Positions 12,189 through 25,662 of a stretch of DNA of 64,000 bases are shown here, one piece after another. Made by a program: the position numbers and the translations under genes. Origin of the DNA: Eledone cirrhosa (lineage: Eukaryota); the NCBI GenBank assembly GCA_964016885.1, contig OZ024742.1:198462001-198526000 (forward strand). Reading direction: 5' to 3'. How positions within the stretch are numbered: position 1 is the first letter of the stretch; every line of letters starts with the position of its first letter. The notes under the pieces were generated by a model. It saw only the letters and a program-made list of their open reading frames with translations. It searched no databases and was not told where the DNA came from.

Positions 12189-14072
12189 ATTTACCCTCCC
12201 CCATGCAATTATTTATTTGTAACCACTACCCCACTCTTTTCCTAACTGAATAACTTTTCATTTATGGCTTATGGAGTCCACGGCTCCACAGCCTTAATAT
12301 CTATTCGGAGTTACAGCTCTCATAGACAGGTTACCATCAGTAAAGCTTACAGAGATCATGTCTCCTTCATACAAGTATTCATTCAGAGTTACTGCTTTCC
12401 TAGATAGGTTCTCTTCATTAGGGCTTAAAGAGTCCATGCCTGCCCCATACCGATCAATTGGTATCATCATCATCATATGGAGAAAAGAAAAAAAAGTGAG
12501 ATGACTCAAGAAAATATAGGCTAAGGAGTGGTAAGCTAATGAAGAGGGTAGTATTGTATGCTATATGCGTGAGAAGTGCCATGATTTATGGCAGCAAGAC
12601 ATGGGTGATGAATATGAAACAACAGAGAAGATTGGAAAGAACGGAAATGAGAACAGTTCAGTGAATGAGTGGGTTGTCACAGAACGAGGATGACAAAAAA
12701 TGAATTGCAGAGGATGATAAAGAGTAGCGCATGTTGTGAAGAGAAATGAGATGGTTCGGTCACATGTTGAGGAAGGATGAAAGTAAGTGGGTGAGAGTGA
12801 TGGAAATGTGGAAGGAAATAGAAAAAGGGAAGACCAAGAAAAACATGGCTAAAGATGATGGAAGAGGAAATGAAAACCAGAGTGTTGAAGGAGAATGCAG
12901 ACAATAAATAAAAAATGAAGTGGTTTGTCATGGGGCCAGCAAAGCTGACCCCTGCTTTAGCAGGAAAAAATGGCCATAAAATGCTTTTTGTCTTATGTTA
13001 TTGTAATAGTAGTAGTTTCGCTGAGTAATGTGTACAGATGTTGGCAGTACATTCCGGTAGTTTCCAATCCAAACAGTCTGGCTGTGAAAACATGGAACTA
13101 AACCAATGCCAGACACAATCTATACATTCTAGCAAGATATGAAAACTTGCTTATTGATTTTTTTTTTTTTTTGTAGTATAGGTAATATATATCTGTGGAG
13201 AACTGCAGCTGCTTGCAAATATGGAAAGGGTTAATTCCATTTATATGTAGCATTGAACAGTGAGCAGTTAATACTAACTAGCAGCTAATATTTCTCTCTC
13301 TCTCTCTTTCAATACAGTTTGTTGTGTGGTGGTGGTGGTGATGGTAGTAATGTAACAGTGATGTAATAGTGATGTGGTGGTGATATTATGATGGTGATGT
13401 GAAGGTGGTTTTGATGTGGTGATAGTTGTGATAGTATGATGATGGTAGTGGTGATGTATCCAACTAGATTAAATGAAGATTTTTGGCTAGCTTTGAGGTG
13501 CAGCACCATATTTTTCACTAGGTCATGTCACCCGATACAGACTATCATCATCATTATTATTACCATCATCATCACCACCACTATACTCTTCCTTAATGCC
13601 ATCACCATTCTCAATACCATTATTCATCATCAACACTACCATCATCATCATCATCCATAAAGATCATTATCAACACAACTATGATCACAGTTACGTCATT
13701 ATCACCAATACCACCATCATCAGTATCATTACTGCTATCACAATTATTTTTACGCCTACATCCTCCATGGCGGTATGGCTGGCTTGGACAAGACTATTGT
13801 GAAGTCTGTTTTTCTATAGTCGGATGCACTTCTTAATGCCAACACATGCTATATTTTCTTTTTCTAAGTGTATTATACACTGCTAACATTTTTTAAACCA
13901 CTCAGCTGTGGAACATACACAAATGTCACCGCTTGCTTCAACTATCTTGATATCAAACTACCCCCCAAAAAAACCCTGGTTCTGTGATACAAACCTGTTT
14001 ATTTTAAAGTGTTTATCTTCAATTATAATTTAATGTAAGAACCCTTGTTAAGTTATTCTCCAAATACCAGCT

Positions 14073-14279
14073 TAACCCTTTAGCATTTACATTATATTTA
14101 CTATTATATTTTCGTAGTAAAGTCTTTACCTCACATATCAAATCTATGAGATTTTGATGATATTTATTTTGAGAACAATACCTTAATATCAGTAAGAGCG
14201 GCCAGTTATAGCCAGTTTGAACAGAAAGAGGTGAGAGAATTCTGGCCGGATACAGCCAGTTTAAATGCTAACGGGTTAA
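14073..14279. mobile_element. TTAA-flanked MITE (piggyBac-like). Related copies at 17729-17956, 32710-32910 and 49369-49550; a second ttaaccc...gggttaa family at 5217-5464, 8557-8759, 22317-22868 and 23997-26144.
   Basis: ttaacccttt(agcattta) ... (taaatgcta)aagggttaa terminal inverted repeats with TTAA flanks, repeated through the window. Confidence 0.75.
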
Positions 14280-15787
14280 TAATGAGAAAGTTATATTACT
14301 ATAGCCTTCCAAATTCTTGTAGACACACACACACACACGTGTAAGCGAGATGCTGGCTTCTGGTTCCTCACAGAGGCCAGTAGCTCCACTTGAGTACTGA
14401 CATGGTGTGACAAATTGTCCAAGCCTTTCTAGCAGGAAAAATGATTCATCATCATCATCATTGTTGTTTAACATCCGCTTTCTCTGCTAGCAAGGGTTGG
14501 ATGGGTCTACATAGACCATGTCAGTACTGAAGCGAGGCTAGTGAACTCCCAAAGAGGCTAAGGGGAGTCTGCATCTCGTTTATGTAAGGTCATATGTTCT
14601 ATCAAGTGCACATGAGTTGTCATGTCTTTTAACACAAACTGAAGTGCCCTGCTAGCCCCTTGTTTTTATATATATATATATATATATAATATATCATCAT
14701 CATCATCATCACCGTTTTATGTCCGTTCTTCCACGCTAGCATGGGTTAGACGGGCTGTCCTGTTGTGGGCAGTGTCGGGTCGGATGACCTTGTCTTGCTC
14801 ATACGGGAACTGATTCTGGCTTGATTTCTACAGCTGGATGCCCTTCCTAACACTAACCTCATTTACAGTGAGTGCTGGGTGCTTTTTTTCCGTGGCGCCT
14901 ACACGTCCACTTTACAGTTTGGGTTGGGTGCATTTTTGCCGTGGCACCTCCACGACCACTTTGCAGTGGAATGATAGGGACCCCAGTCCTATCATCTCAT
15001 TTCTACAGCTGAGTGAACTGGAGCAATGTGAAATAAAGTGTCTTACTCAAGGAAACAACACATCACCCGGTACGAGAATTGAACTCACAACCTTTTCGAT
15101 TGCAAGGCCAATGCTCTAACCACTAACCATGTGCTTCCATTCATATATATATATGTGGTCTAGGTGCGTTTTTATCAAGTCACCAACACAACCACCTTAC
15201 AAGCTGAACTGAGTGTTTTTCATCATGTCACCAGTATGACCACCTTACAGGTTAGACTGGCTGCTTTTTTGTCATGTCACCAGCACGACCACTTTACAGG
15301 GTAGACAGGGTGCTTTGTTTTTGCCATGTCACCACTTTACAGGGACTAGGTTACCAACAGGAATGTACACACATCAACAGCATAGTTTAACAACCATTTT
15401 CCATACTAGCAAAGGTTGGACATGTCAAAGAGACCAATCAGTACTCAAGTAGAGCCCTTTGTGACTTCCAGGTGTGTCAGGGACCCAATATACAACCACA
15501 TGCTCTGCTGAGTACATTTTATCATGGCACCAACACTAGGGAAGCTGTCATGTCTTTGGGATAGCTGAAGAGTCTTCCTGATTTTTTGTTTGACAGGTTT
15601 TCTAGAGCTGGATGCCTTCCTAATACCAAATATTTAGGAGGGCATCCAGCTCTAGAAAACCTTTTGTTTTTTGTTATTTTAAGACTGTAGTAAGTAGATG
15701 CATGATTTGAACAAGAGATTTGGTTGCTGTTTCTAATAGGTCAAACAACAATCACATAGCTGCCCTCATTATTTCACATACATACAA

Positions 15788-15978
15788 GGACGGTGGATTG
15801 ACAGTATCGGTAGAGGGTCGGACGCCATACTTTCCAGCATAGTTACGTCCCTTTACGATCTGAGTTCAAATCCCGCCGAGGTTGACTTTGCCTTTCATCC
15901 TTACGGGGTCGATAAAATAAAGTACCAGTAATGCACTGGGTAATTGCTGGCCTTGTGCCTAAAGTAGAAACAATTATT
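15788..15978 (+). mobile_element. Second tRNA-derived SINE family. Copies at 29705-29912 (+), 24165-24300 (-), 24340-24485 (-) and ~5795-5920 (-).
   Basis: ggattggcagtatcggtagag...gagttcgaatcccgccgagg..ctttgcctttcatccttacggggtcgataaaataaagtacc recurs; A/B-box-like motifs. Confidence 0.8.
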
Positions 15979-16993
15979 TCACATACATCATTTTATGTCT
16001 GTTTTCCAGAGATGCTCTCCATTTTTGGCATGGTGTCTATGGCTTGACACCCTTCCCAACATAAACCACTTATAGAGTATTCTCTATACATTTTACCATA
16101 GCACCAGCACGAGAGAGGTTATGTTCTCAACAGGACTAAAGCTCTCTCAAGCCTACATTATCTCATTTCAGTTGCTACCACTTTACAGAGAGTACTGGGT
16201 GTATCTTATCATGGTACCTGCGCTAGAGAGTTTGCCTTAGGGATCGCAAGACATCATCATCATAGCTTTTCCATTACCTGCTTGAATAAGTTAGACAAGT
16301 CTTTTTAAGTATAGCATCTCTACACTTGTTTTTATCCTTTGAGGTTCAGCATCCTGAGATTAGCTTTCACCACTTCTGCCCAGTTCTTCTTGGACTTTCT
16401 TTTCTAAGGTTCTCTTAAACATAGGATTCCTGACACATATTTACCTCATTTGACCATATTCACCGTGTGTCAGTATCAACCCAGTCACCTTTCCTGCACA
16501 CTCCATAAGATTCCTCTCATACTCAGTTCTTGTCATTCATACACACTAACATTACACATCCAGTGGAGCACACTAGCATCATCTCTTTCCAACCTTCACA
16601 CATCCTGTGCATTAAATGCTCATTTTGCTACCACGGAGAAGGTGCATGGCCTAGTGGTTAGAGTGTTTGACTCAGAATCAGTCATGGGTTTCATTCCTGG
16701 ACTGGACAGCACATTGTGTCCTTCAGCAAGAAGCTTCATTTCACATTGCTTTTCATGACTAGGTGCCTATCATTAAAACACCCAATAAACCTCCCATGAG
16801 ACATAAACTTATAGGAGGTCAGCAGAACATGAATAGGTGCGAGCTGTAAATTTCATTTCATTTTGCTACCATGCAACATCACACTTTGTATGCAGACATC
16901 ATATAATCTACCCTTCACTTGGAGAGAGAAACCCTTTGTTGTCAATAACAGACACAGGTATAAAAATGTAACAAAAATGGAAGAAAGACTCAC

Positions 16994-17197
16994 TTCTTCA
17001 AAGAGCTTGCGGTCAGCCATGAGACGTTTTGAAGCCAGCGACTTAATAACATGATGCAGCACAAGGAGGGAACGTTCTTGTAGCAGTCTATCATTACAAC
17101 GCACAACCATTAACAGTGTGGGGATTAACTCGGGCCAATACCGAGGGCAGTCCATACGAGCTATCTTACCGATAAGAACAGCAAGCTGGGTAGCAAC
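16994..17197 (-). CDS. IPO11: Importin-11 coding exon 4 (VATQLAVLIGKIARMDCPRYWPELIPTLL...KSLASKRLMADRKLFEE)
   Basis: ttttccag acceptor, gtgagt donor, 204 nt, phase 0/0. Strong match to the IPO11 motif IATQIAVLIAKVARLDCPRQWPELIPTL...TLASKRLAADRKLF. Confidence 0.97.
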
Positions 17198-17987
17198 CTG
17201 GAAAATATAATGGTCATTTATACAATCAGAAATAATAATGTAATTATCATAAATTTTTAACCCTTTCGTGACCGTATAATGAAAGACACTCAAATAATTA
17301 ATTAATTTTGAGGGATTTACTAAAATTATTAATTATTTCATTACCAAGATGGTTTTTATATTAAACCGTTAGATTTTAATTTACCGTATTTCCCAGGGTC
17401 AACAACAAAAGCAACTTTACATTTATGGAAATGCTCATATGTAAATGAATATTCATATAAATGTATTACTTGCAGAATTCTATATATAAGAAGCTGCTTT
17501 CTTGCTTCAGTACCCAATGAGTAAATGATACTGAAGATGGATAAAAATCCTGAAATACTAGTATTTGATGTTCTCACATGGCTACTGAGCTATAGTAAGA
17601 CTCATGTATGTTTATAATACATAAACATGTTGTGTATGCATTCATATATGACACATGCTTAACCAAAATATTGCCCTGCCCCACCTAAACTAACACCACT
17701 GCACTAACCACTAAGCCATGGAACTTCATTAACCCTTCAGCATTTAAACCAGCCATATCCAGCCAGAACTCTCTCACCTCTTTCTGTTCAAACTGGCTGT
17801 AACTGGCCGCTCATACCTACATTAAGGTATTGTTCTCAAAATAAATAACATCAAAATTTCATAGATTTGATATTATGTGAGATAATTATGCAAGGTAAAG
17901 CCTTTACTGTGAAAATACAATAGTATATATAGAATAATGTAAATGCTAAAGGGTTACGTAGAAGAGTAAAAGTGAATAAATGTAAAA

Positions 17988-18266
17988 ACTGCTGATTGTT
18001 CAGTCAGGTAGGCAGATAAGAAAGTCTACTGATTGTCCAGTCAGGTAGATAGGTAGCCAAGCCTGCTGATTGTTCAAACAGGTAAGTAGATAAGGTCTGC
18101 TGATGGTTCAGTTAGGTAGGTAGATCTACTGATTGTTACGTCTAGGTAGATAGGTCTGCTGATTGTTCAGCCAACCAGATATATAGATAGGCAGGCAGGT
18201 CTGCTAACTGTTCAGTCAGGTAGGTAAATCTGCTGAATGTCCAGATAGGTAGATAGGCAAGTAGGT
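17988..18266. repeat. Degenerate ~30-37-bp tandem repeat (ctgctgattgttcagtcaggtaggtaga) abutting the exon 3 donor
   Basis: About 7-8 visible diverged units ending immediately at the gtaagt donor. Confidence 0.75.
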
Positions 18267-18272
18267 ACTTAC

Positions 18273-18345
18273 CTGTGGTACTGGCTCATTAAAGTTGTCA
18301 ATTAGACGCTTCTTTAGAGCATTCTTCTCTTCTTCTGCTATGGCA
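18273..18345 (-). CDS. IPO11: Importin-11 coding exon 3 (AIAEEEKNALKKRLIDNFNEPVPQ)
   Basis: tttag acceptor, gtaagt donor, 73 nt, phase 2/0. Matches IPO11 ALSEEEKTTLRAGLITNFNEPINQ. Confidence 0.95.
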
Positions 18346-18909
18346 CTAAATAATGGTAAAACAGTGGAAGAGAGAAAGAGTACATGAATTAGCTGTTAAC
18401 ATACTGTAATGATTTAGCAAAAAAATATTTGTTTGATTCAAATTTAGTATCTTTAGTACTGGACAGATTGTTGAACGTAAAGACTTTAATTTTTAATGAG
18501 ATACAGTCATAGTGTTGTTTTTTTTGTTGTTTTTTGTTTTTTTTAAATGTCTTGTTCATGTGGCATTAAGTGTTGTAGATTGAATACAACATTGGACAAC
18601 GTGCGTGAGCAAGAGAGAGCGGGGGAGTGAGAGAAAGTACAAGAACTAGAGGTTGTAGGTTGAATATAGGAGGGTGTGTGCATGTGTGAGAGAGAAATTA
18701 GCTGTAGATTGAAAATAAAATTGAATAATGTGTGCATGAGAAAGAAAAGTGGTAAATTGGAAAGGGAGAAGGAAAAGAGAGGTACTGACAAAATGAGAAG
18801 AGAGAGAGACAATGTGGTAGTGATATATATTAATTCACGTAATATAAACAGTTACTGTTCATCATTTAATGTCCTCTCCAAGGGTTGAACCACCTATATA
18901 TATATATAT

Positions 18910-20155
18910 ATACTGTGGTTTCCTTCCACTGGGATTTCTTGGCACTTCTTCACCCAGCATTCATCATCCATGCACATCACATATCCATGCCAATGCAGTC
19001 TTCTGTTGCATATACATCTACTCTTATTCCTAGTTTCTCAGTTCATCTGTGCTTTGTTGTTCAAGTACATTAATATTGCACATCTATCAAAGCATGCTTG
19101 CTTTACTTCTCTCCAGCCATTGCATATCCTCTGCATCATGTCTCACTACCGGCAAGCATCACACTTCACACACAGGCACCATACAACTGACCCTTTGTTG
19201 TCTAAAGATGTTGTAGCTCTCTAAGCTTCTTCCATCATGTTATTTTTCTCTCGGAGCACCATCTTCCACTGCTAATAATATCACCAAGGTATCAAATGCT
19301 ATCAACCACTTCTATGGATCCTACTTAAGATTGGGAAAGGTCAATATCACTGGCCCTCATTCTATGATTTGTCCCTGAACATCTACTGCATACAAAGGCC
19401 TACTTTCCCGTTATCCCACTAACTATCTGCTTGTTATCCCACTCACACCTCTTGTCTGCCCCAAATTTGCATTGTGTTCATCATATAGAATTTATGCCTA
19501 CTCCTTTTCTATATATCAAACAAAACCATTTCCATTAACACTTTGGTTTTTGCTAAGTTTACTCTCAGCCCTTTTGATTCTAAATTCTGTTTCCACAAAT
19601 GAAATTTATTCTCTAGTTCTACAGATTCAGCAATGAGAACTAGATCATCAGCGTACATAAGTTCCCATAGACTACCAGTCTTAAAACCCCTTTGTTATGG
19701 CCTGGAGGACTATAAGAAACAGAAGTGGGTTGAGGTCTGCGCCTTGAAGATCACCTACCTGTACTTTGAATTCCTCACTAAACTCATTTTCACTTTATTC
19801 ATAGTTCCTCTGCACATGACTTGCATTTCTTTCACAAGCCACTCTTCTATACCTAGTTTCCTTAAGGATCACCAGATGACAGATTATGGTGCTCTGTCAA
19901 AGGCCTTCTCTAGATATGAGGCTTACTCTTAGCAAGGAACTTCTCTTGTAGTTGTCTTATTAAAAAGAGAATGTTCCTCCCTGGCATAAAACTGAACTGC
20001 CTCTCATCTAACTTAACTCTTCCCTTAATTAGTGGTGCTAGAATACTTTTTCACTTTCATGCTAGCGTGGAAAGTAGACGTTAAACAATGATAATGATGA
20101 TATTTCATAACTTGATCTATTAGTTTTATACCCATGTAGTTGCTCCTTTCCTGAG
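18910..20155 (-). mobile_element. Degenerate RTE-clade LINE fragment (same family as 27081-28335)
   Basis: Reverse strand retains LEKAFDR, ELMYADDLVLIAES and RLERSKASML remnants with stops and frameshifts. Confidence 0.85.
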
Positions 20156-20161
20156 CACACA

Positions 20162-20234
<73 letters not shown>

Positions 20235-20274
20235 TGCACATATATCATCATTTTTACATCCGTTATATATATAT

Positions 20275-20875
20275 ATATCATCATCATCGTTTAACGTCCA
20301 TCTTCCACGCTTGCATGGGTTTGGACAGGAATTTTCCCCACTTGAGGCAAGATTGGTTGTATTGCTCGTATAGGACTGTCTGGCGGGTTTTCTACGGCTG
20401 GATGCCCTTCCTAACACCAACCACGTTTACAGTGTGGACTGGGAGGTTTTTACCGTGTTACCTACACGGCCACATTAAAGCGTGGACTGTGTGTTTTTTT
20501 GTCGTAACACCTACACGACCTCATTTATTTCGGACTGGATGTTGTGGTACCAACATAACTTTACATCGAAAGGGGTGGTGTGGATGGGGTGGGGGTGTAT
20601 TTTTGTTAAAGGTGCCTACTGACTGTAGGTTTCGCTTTGTACTTAGGCAAGGCAGGTCTTCTGTATTACTGCGTAGCGCCAAAGATCTCGGTCCAGTGAC
20701 ATTGTCTTGGAGAGGTGTAAGTGTGTGAGGTCGAAATTTATCAAGCCGTCCCAGGTTTTTCTGGGTCTGCCTACTCCGTGGCTACCGTCTATTTTTATCG
20801 CCCTGCACTTTTTTATACAGCTGTCGTCTTTCATGCGCATCATGTGACCGTACCAACGTAGTCTTCTCTCCAGGA
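20275..20875 (-). mobile_element. RTE LINE 3' end with 3' UTR and (CAT)n tail
   Basis: ORF MRMKDDSCIKKCRAIKIDGSHGVGRPRKTW nearly matches the C-terminus of the 428-aa RTE ORF. Confidence 0.85.
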
Positions 20876-22111
20876 TTTATATATATACACTCCCACACAC
20901 ACACACAAACATGCAATATGAATATATGTATATGAAATATAGATATCATAATCACTATTATTATTTGTGGTCGTGTAGGCACCCAGCCCAACTGTGAAGT
21001 GGTCATGTAGGTGTCATGACAAAAAGCACCCATCCCACACTATAAAGTGGTCGTGTAGGAGTCATGGCAAAAAGCACACAGCACACAGTGTAAATGTGGT
21101 TGGCGTTAAGAAGAGCATCCTGCTGTACAAATCTAGCCAGAAACAGTTCTGTATGAGCAGGACACAGTCACCTGACCCAACTTGCCTCAAATAGGGCAAC
21201 CCGTCTAACCCATACGAGTGTGGAAAGTGTACGTTAGATGACAATGATGAATGCCTGTTTTCCATCCTAGTAAACATGGCACACCCACCCCCACACACTC
21301 ATCATCATCATCATCATCATCGTTTAACGTCCATCTTCCACGGGTTTGCATATATATATAATCATTTAATATCTATTTTCCATGCCATATATACAATTAT
21401 GATAATATATATTTGATGACAGCAATGATGATGTGTGTGTGCATATATATATATGAAATTAAATTTGCATCTCACACCCATGAAGGTTTAGCTGGCTTCC
21501 TACAAGGCTGCATCTCATTGGAGGTTTGTTTAGCATTTTAATGATAGGAGGCCCTAGTCTTATCATGAAAAGCAACATGAAATGAAGTATCTTGCTCAAG
21601 AACACAACAAGCTTCCCAGTCAAGGAATGAAACAAATAACCTTATAATTGTGAGTCCAACACCCTAGCCACTAGGCCAGTTTGGGGTCAGTTTTATGTGT
21701 AGAGTACATCTGTGGTTCTGGTAAAGTTTCAGTGATCTCTCATTGCCAACTTGACCACTGCTGTTGCTGACCTCACTGTCAGGGGTTTGAAATTTAAGCA
21801 AGTCTTGACCAGAAGATTGTCCTGCAAGTTGGTCAAGAATATTGTGGACATGCCATGACAGACTTCTGTAGTGTCAACCCACCAAAATTTTACTCACAAG
21901 GAATTACTGAGCCTGAGGCTAATAGCAAAAGAAACTTGCCCAAGCTGTCACTCGGAAACTGCATAGTTGCAAAGTGAACTCATTAATCACATAGCCATGC
22001 TCAAAAACAACACACTGCTCAGTCTAGGAATCGAACCTCCAACCTTACGACTAAGTACAACACCCTAACCATGTGCCTTTCCCTTGAAACAATTAACAGT
22101 CGGATACTTAC

Positions 22112-22212
22112 TTGGGAGCATTTCGCCGCCAGTATCGTTCAATACCATTCTTAAAATAGAGCACAGCCAGCCACCGTATATTAAAGTCAATCTCATGATT
22201 TTGAAAGATTGT
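22112..22212 (-). CDS. IPO11: Importin-11 coding exon 2 (TIFQNHEIDFNIRWLAVLYFKNGIERYWRRNAP)
   Basis: tttacag acceptor, gtaagt donor, 101 nt, phase 0/2. Contains the IBN_N hallmark RWLAVLYFKNGI.RYWRR. Confidence 0.97.
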
Positions 22213-22480
22213 CTGTAAATTGAAAAAAAGAAAGAAATGGAAAAGAAAAGATGAATTATTACAATAAAGCCACAAAAGATTTTGCATTGGAAAGAGAAAG
22301 AACAAACCATTTCAGTTTTAACTCTTTTGCTACTATATTTCTAATGAAATAATTCTGTACTTTAAATTAACTAAAATTTTTCTCAACACACTGACATGTA
22401 TGTGTACATGTATGTGCATGTGTATATGTAGATTGTACACACAAGTGTAGTGAATGTTAGACGCTGTTTTAGGTAGTTTG

Positions 22481-22637
22481 TCATCCCTTCCTTCCTCAAT
22501 CATTTCTAGTGCATGACGTCATCACCCCTTCCTTCCTCAGTCATTTCTAGTGCATGACGTCATCACCCCTTCCTTCCTCCATCTCTAGTGCATGACGTCA
22601 TCACCCCTTCCTTCTTCAGTCATCTCTAGTGTGTGAC
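22481..22637. repeat. ~39-bp minisatellite (4 copies) inside a TTAA MITE
   Basis: tcatcaccccttccttcctcagtcatttctagtgcatgacg repeated. Confidence 0.85.
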
Positions 22638-22949
22638 GGAAACACAGATGGCAGTCACCTAAATTTATATATAGATTAGTGAAGAATTTGGAAGAATTTA
22701 CTAAAGGTATTAATTATTCCATTAAGATGATATTTCTAACATAACTTAAAAGATTCTATCAAAACTATGCTGAAAGATTTTAAATTTAAGTTGAAAGCAT
22801 TTAAAATGGGTGGTTTTACTTCATAAAACCATGGCCAGTTTGTGGCAAGTTGATGATAAAAGGGTTAATAATTAATGCCAAAACCTAAAGTAGAAACATT
22901 CAAAACAATTCCATTCCAAAGTTACTATTTCAGACCAGCATTCCTGGAA

Positions 22950-23860
22950 TCATGACACAAACCCTCTGAGTTCAGAGAACGTGAGGCCGCCTGTGAGACG
23001 TGGGACCGGCTGGGACTTAGCCCAGTAGACGTCCCTCCTCCTTCTCCCCTTGTTGACGTTAAGTCCTCCCCCCCAAAGCACTTGGGATGCCATCCAGTGC
23101 AGCCTGACTTCAGACAGGCTCACGCGCCAGCTCGACCAGCACCACCTTGCCTGTTTTCGTGCGGCCTGCAAACCCCACAGTGGTGCCTGGCTCCATGCCC
23201 TGCCCTCCTTTTCCACTGGCACGCAGCTAGACAACAATAGCCTGCACATCGGCATTTCACTGTGGCTCGGCCTCCAGATCTGCGAGCCACACCAATGTCG
23301 CTGCAGATCCACCGTGGACCCTTTCGGCTTCCACCCGCTTTCCTTTCGCCACAGTGCCGACCGCCTTCCACACCAACGAGATCATAAAGCACGGCTTGGA
23401 CGCTGCAGGCTTCCCTTTCCAGCTTGAGCTGGTAGGGACCGAGGGGACGGCAAAAGGCCAGATGATATGACCATCTTCCCGTCCCGCGGTGGCAAACCCC
23501 TCGTCTGGGATGCCACTTGCACCGACACTTTCTACAGCCACAACCTGGTGCAGTCTGCGACTAACCTGGATTCTGATGCACGTCGGGCTGAGGAGGCCAA
23601 GCTCCTCAAATACCGGTCGCTCTCCGACAGGTTTGCGGTTGTACCCCTGGCAGTGGAGACTTCTGGTGTCCTTGGCCCTAGGGCTACCTCCCTACTCACC
23701 ACCACAGGCACTGAGCTGGCCAGCTGCAGGTGTGAGCCCCGCGAGTTGGAGTGGCTTTTCCAGCGCATCTTCCTTGCTGTCCTTCAGGGAAACGCCTTCT
23801 CCATTCTGACCGCCGGGGCTGGGGGCATCGCGTATCATTCCATATTTAATTATGGTCGGT
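22950..23860 (+). mobile_element. 3' fragment of an RLE-type (CRE-clade-like) non-LTR retrotransposon, frameshifted
   Basis: GC-rich island. Peptides HSGAWLHALP...LWLGLQICEPHQCRC and RPDDMTIFPSRGGKPLVWDATCTDT...FAVVPLAVETSGVLG fit a PD-(D/E)XK restriction-like endonuclease region. Confidence 0.8.
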
Positions 23861-23923
23861 ATATGTATGTTTATGTTTTGGATGTTGACGAAGACAAAAC
23901 TGCTCTTATTACAATGTTTATAC

Positions 23924-23995
23924 TTATATTAAAATATTCTATCATCACTTTGAAAGATTGTCTGCAAATTGAAAAGAAAAGAAAAAGAAAGAATT
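23924..23995 (-). pseudogene. IPO11: Degenerate partial duplicate of IPO11 exon 2 with an intact acceptor (TIFQSDDRIF*)
   Basis: ttttcaatttgcag|ACAATCTTTCAAAGTGATGA versus the true ttttcaatttacag|ACAATCTTTCAAAATCATGA. Flanking intron is also duplicated (22874-22927 vs 26198-26249). Confidence 0.8.
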
Positions 23996-24737
23996 ATTAA
24001 CCCTTTTGATATGAAATTGCCTGAAACCAACTCTGGTTCTAAGATATAAAACTGCTCTAATGATTTTGCCAATCTTACACCCTTGAATAATATTGGTTTC
24101 TGATTTAGGCACATTTCCAACAATTTTGGGGAGGGGGGTGGGGAGAACTCAAATTGACCACAATATACTTATTTCATCGATCCCATAAAGATGAAAGGCA
24201 AAGCTAACCTCGGTGGGATTCGAACTCAGAATGTAAAGGGCCATAACTCTGTTGCAAAGTATGTTGTCTTTTGCTCTACCGATACTGCCAATCCACTGTC
24301 CTACCACCCTTGAATAATGATTTCTACTATAGGCCTATAGGCACAAGGCCAACAATTTTTTTAGTGCATTACTGGGGCTTTATTTTATCGACCCCATAAG
24401 GATGAAAGGCAAAGCTAACTACAGCAGGATTTGAATTCAGAACATAAAGTAACATAACTCTGATGCTCTACCAATTCACCGCCCTACCAGCCTTGAATAA
24501 TAAATAATAAAACACAAATCCAGATATTTAGTGGGAGGAGTAATCAATTATATTGTCCCCAGTACTTGACTGGTACTTTATTTTATTGACCTAGGAAGGA
24601 TGAAAATTAAAGTTGACCTCAGTTGGATTTGAGTTTAGAACATAAATTCACTGCTTTAACCCTTTTGATAACAAAATACCTGAAACTGTCCCTGGTTCTA
24701 TTATACAAAGCTGTTTATTTTAAAGTATTTCTATATA

Positions 24738-25662
24738 TAAGGTGTATTCAAGCATGTGTTGAGACGTTTTTAGGAGGAGTAGTTATAACTCTTAGATTAT
24801 TGTAATATTAGTATGTTAATATTATATGTCAATTAGCTGACTGCCAACTTTTGTTATCCCAGATTGATGGAGTCAACTGTAACAGCAATTTAAACACACC
24901 TTACTAAACACTGTTTGTCACAGTTGACTGGTTTACAGAATGTAGTTGGGACATGAAGAGAATTTGGAAGCTCACTATGCAATAAAGTTTTAAACTGAGT
25001 AAAAAGCCCTACAGGAACTTATGAAATGCTCCAAACTGCTTATGGATTAACTTGTATGAGCTGAGCATCTAGTTTTCACTGGCTCAAGAGGTTCAAACCC
25101 AAGAAGGCCAGGTATAACAAATCCACTGGAAAGCTCATGATGATCCCTTTCTTTGACAGCAAGGGCACCATCTACATCCATTGGCCAGATGATCAACAAA
25201 GAGTACTTTGTGAACATTTTGAGGGGGTTCAGGAAGAGATTTTGTCACAAAAGGCCAGAGCTCTTCCACTCAAGTCGGTGGCACCTGCACCAAGACAATG
25301 CACCAGTTCGCAATTCCATCCAGGTAATCAACTACTTGACAGAGATGGACATCAAAACTGTCCCTCACCCTTCCTACAGTCCAGATCTTGCTCCTTGTAA
25401 TTTTTGATTATTCCCCAAGCTGTAGAACCTCTGGGGCAGTCCTTTTGAAGACATTGAGAAGATGAAAGGGGTGACTAAGGTTTTGGACAGACACCTTCAT
25501 TTTGGAGGATTTCCATGGGACTTTCATAAAGTGGCTAGAGGGCTTCAACAAGTGCACTGGAATCAGAGGATCCTACTTTAAAGGAGATTAGAGCCTTGTA
25601 CTTCATAGAAATTAATAAATGTCTCTCCTAAAAAAGTCTAAAAACTTCTGGAAAGCACATAT
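24738..25662 (+). mobile_element. Defective mariner (Tc1/mariner) transposon
   Basis: HLHQDNAP...TVPHPSYSPDLAPCNF mariner signature; degenerate TIRs. Confidence 0.9.

Noticed and set aside
13330-13745. His/Ile/Thr-rich ORFs
   Set aside because: (GGT/GAT)n and (CAT/CAC)n low-complexity tracts.
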